DNA of 64,000 nucleotides, taken from positions 1-64,000 of IMG/VR virus record IMGVR_UViG_3300014720_000001, one strand, 5' to 3'. Numbering within the stretch: the first letter of the stretch is position 1; every line of letters begins with the position of its first letter. The notes below the pieces were generated by a model, which saw nothing but the letters and a program-made list of their open reading frames with translations, was not told the DNA's origin and searched no databases. A program made the translations under genes and the position numbers. Of this stretch, positions 1-7,435 are shown in pieces.

Positions 1-131
1 CCGTGCAGCTCCGGTACGGCGGCGAGCACCGTGTTGCAGAACTCTTCGCCGCGTCGCATGAACTCGACGTCAAATGGTAGGCGGTCAGATTGAATTTCAG
101 TTTGCTGATCAGTTTGCTGCGGCGTATCCAT
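1..131 (-). CDS. hypothetical protein, 5' part only (runs off the window)
   Basis: Manual translation from ATG at 131 gives MDTPQQTDQQTEIQSDRLPFDVEFMRRGEEFCNTVLAAVPELH, open to the window edge; AAGGA SD upstream; follows the stop of 145..492. Confidence 0.55.
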   Translation of the reverse strand, partial: MDTPQQTDQQTEIQSDRLPFDVEFMRRGEEFCNTVLAAVPELH

Positions 132-144
132 TAAAAATCCTTTG

Positions 145-492
145 TTATTGAACGTATCTTGATTCTTTCGGCAGCAGGCCGTCGATCACGTTGCCTAGCC
201 GTGTAGCAGCCAAGCTGTAGATCACGACGCGTGTCGCTGTCTCGACAATACCGCCGATGCCCGATCCTGCCAAGAGGAGCAGAAACAGGTAAAATGGCGC
301 GTGGTAAGACTTGCAGAACGGGCAATTGATCAGCTCTAAAAGCTTTCCTTTTGCCGTGTTGTATGGCGTTACGTCCTGCAGCGCTTGCGCGTATGCCCGC
401 GCGGTTTCAAACAACGACCCCTTGTGCCATACCTCGATGATCGCTCCGGCCGCCAGCGTGACGGCCAAAAAATCTAAAACAGTGATTGTCAT
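145..492 (-). CDS. small membrane protein, DUF1360-like
   Basis: Two or three hydrophobic segments and the motif LLELINCPFCKSYH, resembling the recalled DUF1360 signature (ELLxCPWC). Confidence 0.55.
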   Translation of the reverse strand: MTITVLDFLAVTLAAGAIIEVWHKGSLFETARAYAQALQDVTPYNTAKGKLLELINCPFCKSYHAPFYLFLLLLAGSGIGGIVETATRVVIYSLAATRLGNVIDGLLPKESRYVQ

Positions 493-671
493 TTGCGCCT
501 GCGTTTAGGGGTGCCTGCTGTATAGCCATTCATGAAGCAGGCGCCACTATAGAGCGCGGCGGCGGAGATGATCAAGCTAGCAACGCCAATCTGCGGCAGT
601 GCGCACAAACCGGCAAAAATCATCAAAACAGTGTATCCCGAAAAAGTCGCGTGCGGATCTGATTGGGCCAT
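489..671 (-). CDS. small membrane protein
   Basis: ORF track 489..773; likely start is MAQSD at 671, directly after the stop of 673..897; hydrophobic core with basic C-terminus; 4-nt overlap with the next gene. Confidence 0.5.
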   Translation of the reverse strand: MAQSDPHATFSGYTVLMIFAGLCALPQIGVASLIISAAALYSGACFMNGYTAGTPKRRRK

Positions 672-672
672 C

Positions 673-897
673 TTATGTTGCCTGACTGTCGCCGTGCGGC
701 CACACTTGTGTGCGTGTGCTGTCCGGCGCGTTGGGGTCAAACTGGTATTGGGGTAGCGGCAACGGCGCCTCAAGTTTAAGATGGTTTACGGCATTGTCCG
801 GCAAGTAAACCTGCGGACCGGGGCCGCGACGCGTACCCTCAACGTAGTGCTGTTTGCGTTCCTGATACAGTTTTGCAGAGCGGCCGACGTTTGCCAT
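673..897 (-). CDS. hypothetical protein (74 aa)
   Basis: Strong SD TTTGGAGGTTAT directly before the ATG; stop abuts the next start. Confidence 0.65.
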   Translation of the reverse strand: MANVGRSAKLYQERKQHYVEGTRRGPGPQVYLPDNAVNHLKLEAPLPLPQYQFDPNAPDSTRTQVWPHGDSQAT

Positions 898-933
898 ATA
901 ACCTCCAAAAAGTACGCGCCCGGGTCACCGTTT

Positions 934-940
934 AGTATAC
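934..940 (-). promoter_or_regulatory. GTATACT motif, candidate -10/late promoter element
   Basis: Intergenic, about 40 nt upstream of 897; same heptamer is intergenic at 52504 and 55777. Confidence 0.35.
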
Positions 941-955
941 CCGGACGCGCACTAA

Positions 956-1120
956 TCACTTGCGAGTTGTTTCTTTGGCGGCGGCTGCAGCAACCTTGCA
1001 CATGTAACCAAGTACATTTACAAGGCCCGCAACGCCGTACACGAAAACACACCCCGTATATTTGAGGCTGTCTTCGACCCATTGAAACTCGGACTCGCTA
1101 CCGCGGTTATTGTGGTTCAT
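956..1120 (-). CDS. small putative membrane protein (54 aa, not in the ORF track)
   Basis: Manual translation MNHNNRGSESEFQWVEDSLKYTGCVFVYGVAGLVNVLGYMCKVAAAAAKETTRK with one hydrophobic segment; fills the gap upstream of 673..897. Confidence 0.4.
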   Translation of the reverse strand: MNHNNRGSESEFQWVEDSLKYTGCVFVYGVAGLVNVLGYMCKVAAAAAKETTRK

Positions 1121-3035
1121 GGATAAACCTGATCAAACAGTTATTGAAGCGCTTGACATGCCTTCCACAGGCGTGCAATCACTTCTACAAGAATTAATCT
1201 CTATCGATGTGACAGATATGCAGTCTGTTCACGCGCGAGCTGCTATTTTGCAGCAGCTCGCCGGGCAGCATGCGTTTCCGTCACTCGAACCGATCTTACC
1301 GTTAGTTCTGAACCTTAATGGACGCCCGTACAGCATTCAGAACCATATGCCTTTTTCCCCACTTTTCCGGCTATTGACGCCGAAAAATCAAGTGTGGTGC
1401 ACGGGGCGTCAGGTATCAAAATCGACCAGCCTAGCAGCGCACGGAGTTGTAGTTGCCAACTCTATCCCGTTTTTCAAGACGTTATTCATTACACCGCTGT
1501 ACGAACAGATACGGCGGTTTTCAAATAACTATGTGCGTCCGTTTATCGACCAGTCCCCTGTAATGTCGCAATGGAGCGGCACGACGACCGAGAATTCAGT
1601 TCTGCAAAGATCTTTTAAGAACAACTCGATGATGTTGTTCAGCTTTGCGCTTTTGGATGCGGATCGTGTGCGCGGTGTTTCTGCAGACCGTGTGTGTATC
1701 GACGAAGTTCAGGACATGGATCCTGATCACGTGCCGATCATTCAAGAAACGATGTCTTACTCCAGATGGGCGACTAGTTACTACACGGGGACCCCGAAGA
1801 CCCTCGATAACTTAATTTACGGATTGTATAAACGATCATCACAGGCGGAATGGTTTATACCATGTCAATCATGCAAGCACTGGAGTATTCCATCGCTTGA
1901 ATATGACTTGGATAAAATGATCGGCCCATACAGCATTCATATCAGCGAGAACTATCCGGGCACCGTCTGCGCTAAATGTCAGAAACCGATCAGCCCAAGG
2001 CATGGTCGGTGGGTGCATAGATATCCCGAACGCCGCTGGCAGTTTTCCGGCTATCACGTACCACAGATGATACTGCCGCTTCATTTCTCCGACCCTGAAA
2101 AGTGGTCAACTCTATTGTTGAAGAGGGAAGGCTTTGGGAATATGACCCAAGCTCAGTTCTACAACGAAGTAATGGGAGAAAGCGTTGATACCGGTCAGAA
2201 GCTCATCAGCGAAACTGATTTGAAGGCTGCGTGCGTGCTAGACTGGGAAAACAAGAAAGAACCAGACCCTAAGTGCTTTACAAATCTCTCGAATTACAAA
2301 CATCGCATTCTTGCGATCGACTGGGGCGGGGGCGGAGAAGCAGGTATTAGTTTCACCGTGCTTGCTGTGCTAGGGTTCCGCCCTGATGGGACAGTCGACA
2401 CGCTTTGGGCCAAGCGCCTGCTCATTGGCGGCGATCATTTGGCCGAAGCTGTGGAATGTATGCGCTGGTCTAACTTGTTTAATTGCGATTTTGTCGCTCA
2501 CGATTACACGGGTGCCGGCACGGTCCGCGAAACGGTCATGGTGCAGGCAGGGTTTAACCTAGAGCGAGTTCTGGCGATGCGGCTTGTTCGTTCCGCGTCG
2601 CAAGATTTGATGGTGTTCAAACCACCTACAGAGATCAACCACCGGGCGCACTATAGCCTCGACAAAACGCGGTCGTTGCTGTACACGTGTCAGGCCATTA
2701 AGCTCAAACAGGTCCGGTTCTTCCAGTACGACTGGTCGTCGCAGGATTCACCGGGCTTGATATCGGACTTTCTTGCGCTGGTAGAAAACAAAGCCGAGTC
2801 TAGACTAGGCGGCGATATTTACACCATTACAAGGAACACGTTGTTGACTGACGACTTCGCGCAAGCTGTTAACCTAGGCTGCGCCGCTCTTTGGCACGTG
2901 AATAACGCGTGGCCCAATTTCGCGGAGATCGCTGGCGTAGCGCGGTTAAGTGAGCGGGCTGTCAAGGCAGAAACGCCGGTGGATGACGACTGGGCGGATG
3001 ACGCCATCGGGCGGAACTACTTTGGCGGTTATTAA
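1110..3035 (+). CDS. terL: terminase large subunit, lambda GpA-like
   Basis: Walker A-like GRQVSKST, Walker B RGVSADRVCIDEVQD, GTP coupling motif, CxxC pairs (CQSC, CAKC), GRWVH/FSGYHV/FYNEVMGE motifs, nuclease ILAIDWG; start may be ATG at 1119. Confidence 0.9.
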   Translation: MWFMDKPDQTVIEALDMPSTGVQSLLQELISIDVTDMQSVHARAAILQQLAGQHAFPSLEPILPLVLNLNGRPYSIQNHMPFSPLFRLLTPKNQVWCTGRQVSKSTSLAAHGVVVANSIPFFKTLFITPLYEQIRRFSNNYVRPFIDQSPVMSQWSGTTTENSVLQRSFKNNSMMLFSFALLDADRVRGVSADRVCIDEVQDMDPDHVPIIQETMSYSRWATSYYTGTPKTLDNLIYGLYKRSSQAEWFIPCQSCKHWSIPSLEYDLDKMIGPYSIHISENYPGTVCAKCQKPISPRHGRWVHRYPERRWQFSGYHVPQMILPLHFSDPEKWSTLLLKREGFGNMTQAQFYNEVMGESVDTGQKLISETDLKAACVLDWENKKEPDPKCFTNLSNYKHRILAIDWGGGGEAGISFTVLAVLGFRPDGTVDTLWAKRLLIGGDHLAEAVECMRWSNLFNCDFVAHDYTGAGTVRETVMVQAGFNLERVLAMRLVRSASQDLMVFKPPTEINHRAHYSLDKTRSLLYTCQAIKLKQVRFFQYDWSSQDSPGLISDFLALVENKAESRLGGDIYTITRNTLLTDDFAQAVNLGCAALWHVNNAWPNFAEIAGVARLSERAVKAETPVDDDWADDAIGRNYFGGY

Positions 3036-3382
3036 AAGATCCGCCAGCAGTAATCTTCGATAAACTTTTTCATGGCCGCGTAATCGCGAATCTTGGCGGT
3101 CTCGATAACGTCAACAACTGCGCACGCTGCGGTATACAACGCCGCGGCGGCTTCTGTGCAGTCCATTGACGAATCGTACAGCTCCCATCCGGCGCCCGAG
3201 CGCGGCACCGCAGGCTCTTTCCCCTCGAACGCGTCAGCGATTATCTGCTGAAACACGCCGTCTGGTTCTGTATCCATCGCGCCAAACGATCGATACTTAT
3301 CCTGCATTTTTTCGAATCTACGAATCGCTTCTTTGAGCGTTGTTACTGCTAGTGTCATCGGATTTGTCGTCAGCTCCGACAA
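3032..3382 (-). CDS. hypothetical protein
   Basis: 116-aa ORF convergent with terminase; natural composition; start uncertain. Confidence 0.65.
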   Translation of the reverse strand: MSELTTNPMTLAVTTLKEAIRRFEKMQDKYRSFGAMDTEPDGVFQQIIADAFEGKEPAVPRSGAGWELYDSSMDCTEAAAALYTAACAVVDVIETAKIRDYAAMKKFIEDYCWRIF

Positions 3383-3800
3383 TAGCTAACCCCTTTTCGG
3401 TGATTGAGAAGCGGAAGTCGTTTTTTTCGAAATCATATTCGGCGTCAAGCAATCCGCGTGACACACCAACTCTTATGATATTTGACAGAATACGCTCACC
3501 CAACGCGCGAAACACACGCAACATCTTTTCACGATACTCTCTAAACGAGTTTGCGCCGATGCCGTATGCTCCGTCTGCTTGCACGTCAGACAGTTCGCGC
3601 ACAATGTTTTCTACCTCCCAGACCTCCAAGAACTGTCGCTGATACTCCAGCGAGCATTCTTCTTCTGTCGGGCGGGTGTCGTTTAGCTTGGCGATAAAAC
3701 CAGCAAACACCATGAGCACGTGGTCGCGCAGGTCTTCAATCGAGCCGCAGATGTGATGCTGCGGGCGCTCGTCTTCTTCGTCTTCGTATTCCTCAAACAT
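3318..3800 (-). CDS. hypothetical protein
   Basis: ORF track 3318..3869; likely start MFEEY at 3800, just after the upstream stop at 3808. Confidence 0.7.
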   Translation of the reverse strand: MFEEYEDEEDERPQHHICGSIEDLRDHVLMVFAGFIAKLNDTRPTEEECSLEYQRQFLEVWEVENIVRELSDVQADGAYGIGANSFREYREKMLRVFRALGERILSNIIRVGVSRGLLDAEYDFEKNDFRFSITEKGLAIVGADDKSDDTSSNNAQRSDS

Positions 3801-3807
3801 ATTTACT

Positions 3808-4122
3808 TCAAACCGTTTCGGCGGCGAGGCGAGCGGTTGCCAGCGCGGCGTCGTAGTTACCGCGGGCAATCATACGCGCGTGGGCCGCGTCACGGCACTG
3901 GCCGAGGTAGTCCGAGTAGGTCGCGTCGGTGTTGACCAACGCTTCGGCCGAGCTGAAGCTGTGTGGCTTGCCGGTCAGCGGGTTGTCGCCGCTCTTCATG
4001 ATCCGCTCAACCGCGGACATCTTGACTGAGATCCGGTTGTCCTCCAGCTCCGACTCGCGACGGACGGCGTCGGCGAGCGTGCCGGCGGCGGAGATAATGT
4101 TATCAGCAAAGTTCTTAGCCAT
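3808..4122 (-). CDS. hypothetical protein
   Basis: SD TAAGGAG before MAKNFAD at 4122. Confidence 0.75.
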   Translation of the reverse strand: MAKNFADNIISAAGTLADAVRRESELEDNRISVKMSAVERIMKSGDNPLTGKPHSFSSAEALVNTDATYSDYLGQCRDAAHARMIARGNYDAALATARLAAETV

Positions 4123-4131
4123 GATCACTCC

Positions 4132-4401
4132 TTATGTGTCTACGGCGCGACGGACATGAAGTATGTCGTCTAACGCGCGGTCTAGCATATGAGCGGCTTC
4201 TGCGCGGTTACCCGCTTCGGCCAACTCGAAAATTAGAAATGCAAACAACGTGTCGCCACACTCGCGAATCGTTTGCTTGCCTTGGCGATTGATATAGTCG
4301 TGAAACGTTTCGCCAATTTCCGGCGGGTCAATGCTTAACAGATCTGACGCCGGATATGAATCGTATACTTCTTTTGGCGTTACCGCATTATTAGTCGTCA
4401 T
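4132..4401 (-). CDS. hypothetical protein
   Basis: ORF track 4132..4491; likely start MTTNN at 4401, overlapping the upstream stop. Confidence 0.65.
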   Translation of the reverse strand: MTTNNAVTPKEVYDSYPASDLLSIDPPEIGETFHDYINRQGKQTIRECGDTLFAFLIFELAEAGNRAEAAHMLDRALDDILHVRRAVDT

Positions 4402-4645
4402 TCCAATTTTGTTTTTCTTGCCGCGTCGGAATGCGTTTTGGATATTTCTCCGGGTGGCATGCCTGACACCGCGCACGGGTGCACCCACCACAGCGCAAAG
4501 CTTTACGGTAATGACCGTCGTCGATTACATGCGCTGGCTTGCCGTTTTGCAGGCTTTGCCGCCATATATCCATACCGGCATTAAGCTGCTTACGCTTTTT
4601 AATCCGGCGTTCGATGATGTGCTTTTCGCTGTGGTAACGGCGCAT
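4391..4645 (-). CDS. small basic Cys-motif protein
   Basis: Likely start MRRYHSEK at 4645, right after the upstream stop; contains RCGGCTRARCQACHP. Confidence 0.65.
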   Translation of the reverse strand: MRRYHSEKHIIERRIKKRKQLNAGMDIWRQSLQNGKPAHVIDDGHYRKALRCGGCTRARCQACHPEKYPKRIPTRQEKQNWNDD

Positions 4646-4646
4646 T

Positions 4647-6065
4647 TTAGTTCTCAGTTGAAAGGGTGACGCCGCCAAACTTGGCGACAATTGCGGTGAC
4701 GGTAGTGTCGTCAAGCGCAAAAAACTCGTTGTGGCGGCGAAGGTGCCCGTACTCGCGATGAATCCGCGTTTCTAGTTCAACGCAATCGCCTGTCTCGATA
4801 TAAGCTAGCAGCGCCAACCCGCCCGGGACAAACGTACTGCTCTCCTTTTGTCGATCTGCAATTTTGCGGCGGGTTCTACCGATTTTAACAAAACCTTGCG
4901 ACGGATCACGCAAGAAGTAAACGTACTCAACTTGCGTCTGCGCCGCCTCGGCGTCAACGATCGGGCAATCAAAACCGGTTGGGACATCTGCAAGATGCCG
5001 CGGCATAACGACGGCGCCTTGCCGAAGTTTGAGAACCGGTACAGAACCGCCGGGTCCCGTCCAGTACAGCGCCATGTGCGGATTGCGCCAGTGCGGCGAC
5101 GTTTCGCTGCGTTGCTGCAGTTCTTTGCCAAAGTTAAAACCGCGACCTTGAATTTGTGCCGCGCGTTCTTCAAGCCAACGTTTTGCCTCTTTGTCTGTTT
5201 CGGCGTCGTATTTATCTTGCTCGGACGCGAGTACCGCCGGCATGATCAGATCGTTACCCTTGGCGACCAGCGACAGAAGAACAGTCAAACGAAACAAAAA
5301 GTACAGGCGTTCGGTGTACATCGGCAAATCAGCCGCGATTGTTTTTTCGCTGACGCCCATGATGGCTTCTTCTAATACAGCGTTGTGCTGCCAACCAGAC
5401 AAAGACGAGGCCAACATATCCTCTACCGTGGCAGTCGGTCCGCCGAGTTCGTCGACGAGCTTGTCGGGGATTTGAATCAGAAAACGATCTTCATCGTCGA
5501 CAACCTCGAACGAGCCGCAGATGAAAACTTTAAGTTCGCCTTCTTTATTAGTCGGCGTGATAAACAAAGGCGCAACCGATTTAGCCGCCGCCGTGTCGAA
5601 GTTTCCGATTTTTATGAGCGCGGTTTTGATTCCCAGCGGCTCGTGTCCTTTGGGAAACCGAAAGCAAATCGCATTCGTTGGTAAATCAAGCTGCGCAACT
5701 GGGATTTCTAATTTTGTGTTGCGCACTAATTTTTCAACAATTGGGTACACGTTATAGAACGGGCGATTGTCGTCAAACCAGTCCAGCTCGGTTACCGTGT
5801 AAAGTGCGTTGCGTATTCCTGTTTTAGCCGCGGCGCATTCTTCTGCGTCGAGCTGGTCGGCGTACGCTTCGTTTTTCGGGTTATCAAAACAGCTGAATAC
5901 GCGCTTTACAATGTCGGCGTACCCGGCGACGAGCTTTTTCGTTTTCTTTCGCAGGTAATCGTGCGGTGATAACTTTTTAACTATTTCTGCTTCTTTGCGT
6001 CGCGCCTGCGCTTTTAGTTCAGTAATTGCGCGTAGCTTAGACGTGACGTATTCATGGAATTTCAT
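4647..6065 (-). CDS. T5orf172 (GIY-YIG-like) domain protein
   Basis: C-terminal YVYFLRDPSQGFVKIGRT...VELETRIHREY...NEFF matches the T5orf172/MUG113 pattern; preceded by a SPHWRNPH...YWTGPG motif seen in phage proteins. Confidence 0.75.
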   Translation of the reverse strand: MKFHEYVTSKLRAITELKAQARRKEAEIVKKLSPHDYLRKKTKKLVAGYADIVKRVFSCFDNPKNEAYADQLDAEECAAAKTGIRNALYTVTELDWFDDNRPFYNVYPIVEKLVRNTKLEIPVAQLDLPTNAICFRFPKGHEPLGIKTALIKIGNFDTAAAKSVAPLFITPTNKEGELKVFICGSFEVVDDEDRFLIQIPDKLVDELGGPTATVEDMLASSLSGWQHNAVLEEAIMGVSEKTIAADLPMYTERLYFLFRLTVLLSLVAKGNDLIMPAVLASEQDKYDAETDKEAKRWLEERAAQIQGRGFNFGKELQQRSETSPHWRNPHMALYWTGPGGSVPVLKLRQGAVVMPRHLADVPTGFDCPIVDAEAAQTQVEYVYFLRDPSQGFVKIGRTRRKIADRQKESSTFVPGGLALLAYIETGDCVELETRIHREYGHLRRHNEFFALDDTTVTAIVAKFGGVTLSTEN

Positions 6066-6083
6066 ACGCTTCCTTGTTGTGCG

Positions 6084-6524
6084 TTACGGGTCACAGTACG
6101 TGACGATCTGGCATCCACATTGCCGCGCGAGTTTAATTACGTCCGCGGCGTATACCCCAACGAGTTGATCTCGTTTTACATGTCCTGCAGTAATTAACGC
6201 CTGCAAGCCCAACTTGGCTATACCGCGACGGCGATATTCGGGGTCGACGAAACACTCTACGGTCTGAACGGTTGTTGGTCGTCCTTTAAAAATCTCGGGC
6301 CACGGGCGCGAGCCTACCCAGCCGACTAGCGTTTCGTCTAGCCACACTAGCGCCAGCGCCATTTCTGGCTGCGGGCCGGGCTGGATATTCAGGTAGCGCT
6401 TGTCTAGCTCTTTTTGAATCGAGCTGTCGCTACCAGAATCAGGCCACGACAATCTGGTCATGATTGCCGTCACATCGACCAGCCCCAGCCGGTTGATGTC
6501 TTTGATTTTGATAGTAATATCCAT
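6084..6524 (-). CDS. GNAT-family acetyltransferase
   Basis: Acetyl-CoA binding motif A FVDPEYRRRGIAK; SD CACGGAGG before MDITIK at 6524. Confidence 0.8.
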   Translation of the reverse strand: MDITIKIKDINRLGLVDVTAIMTRLSWPDSGSDSSIQKELDKRYLNIQPGPQPEMALALVWLDETLVGWVGSRPWPEIFKGRPTTVQTVECFVDPEYRRRGIAKLGLQALITAGHVKRDQLVGVYAADVIKLARQCGCQIVTYCDP

Positions 6525-6559
6525 GCTGCGTCCTCCGTGACACAACATGGATTATAGAA

Positions 6560-6632
6560 AGCCGGCGGTCGGATTCGAACCGACGACAGGCAGTTTACAA
6601 AACTGCTACTCTACCAACTGAGTTACGCCGGC
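6560..6632 (-). tRNA. trnT: tRNA-Thr (anticodon UGU), CCA not encoded
   Basis: Reverse complement GCCGGCG..CTCAGTTGGTAGAG..GCAGT-TTTGTAA-ACTGC..GTCGGTTCGAATCCGAC-CGCCGGC: 7-bp acceptor stem, D-arm, anticodon arm and TTCGAAT T-loop. Confidence 0.97.
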
Positions 6633-6637
6633 AAACA

Positions 6638-7105
6638 TTAAACAGGCTCAGTGATTAAACTAGTTGGCCAGTGGTATGGCAAGTCTATGGGTTCTTGCCA
6701 ACCAAACCGCGAATAATGACGAAAGTCTTTGCGCAGTAAGTTGCTGCGGTGACTGGAGTGAAATTGCTCGTCGCCAACCCACGGTGGATACACGTTGCGC
6801 TCGATGGTGTCGCGCAGCGCTGTATAACTGCCCATGAACTGCGGGCAGAGCGTGTCGTTAAATCCGCGCCGTATCCACTCGCGGCACACGACTATGGCGT
6901 ATACGGCTAGCGCTGTTTCATATCCTGCCCACATACGGACGGCAGGATGGTTGCGCCAGCTACTTGTTCCGGGCTCGTGCTCGCCAACCGGAACGCCAAG
7001 GCAGAGTAAGATCTGCTTACATTCAACCCTTTGTTTTCCTAACCTTTTGTTATCAAGGCAGGCAGCCGAGTGTTTAAATCTCGGCAGGGGCAAAAATGTC
7101 TGCAT
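6638..7105 (-). CDS. pyrimidine-dimer DNA glycosylase family protein (MSMEG_6728-like)
   Basis: MQTFLP...LDNKRLGKQRVE...HPAVRMW...PPWVGDEQFHSSHRSNLLRKD...LPYHWP are hallmark motifs of this family. Confidence 0.88.
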   Translation of the reverse strand: MQTFLPLPRFKHSAACLDNKRLGKQRVECKQILLCLGVPVGEHEPGTSSWRNHPAVRMWAGYETALAVYAIVVCREWIRRGFNDTLCPQFMGSYTALRDTIERNVYPPWVGDEQFHSSHRSNLLRKDFRHYSRFGWQEPIDLPYHWPTSLITEPV

Positions 7106-7109
7106 TTAA

Positions 7110-7433
7110 TCAATCATCAACTTCGTCGTCAAAGTCTTCTTCATATTCTGGGTCGTCATCTTCCTCTAAGTCTTCGTCCCAGTTTTCTTCGTCGTCTTCC
7201 CAATCCTGCTCTTCTTCTATTTCTTCTTCGGCGTCGTCTTCTTCCTCGTCATCGTCGTCGCTGAAAACATAGTTTGGTTTCGGAAAGTCGATATCGCTAT
7301 CGTCGTCATCGTCATTGTCGTCGGTGACAAATTGCCACTCTTCCTCGATAAAGTCGTCGTCGAGGCCGTCTCCGCGACCGTTCGTTAGCTCATGCGACGA
7401 TTGGCGAATCAACGGCGATGTAAAACAGCGCAT
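7110..7433 (-). CDS. highly acidic small protein
   Basis: 53 of the last 83 residues are D/E (hand count); starts 2 nt after the upstream stop. Confidence 0.7.
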   Translation of the reverse strand: MRCFTSPLIRQSSHELTNGRGDGLDDDFIEEEWQFVTDDNDDDDDSDIDFPKPNYVFSDDDDEEEDDAEEEIEEEQDWEDDEENWDEDLEEDDDPEYEEDFDDEVDD

Positions 7434-7435
7434 AG

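Noticed and set aside
786-1082. 98-aa Cys-rich ORF in the track
   Set aside because: It overlaps 673..897, which has a strong GGAGG SD, and an alternative 54-aa ORF; it has no SD of its own
6551-6556. TATAAT -10 box just downstream of the tRNA (minus strand)
   Set aside because: The matching -35 position (TTCGAA, the tRNA T-loop) is only 3 of 6; too weak to call a promoter
6560-6632. tRNA as a prophage attachment site
   Set aside because: No integrase, no duplicated tRNA 3' end and no switch to host-like genes on either side within the window
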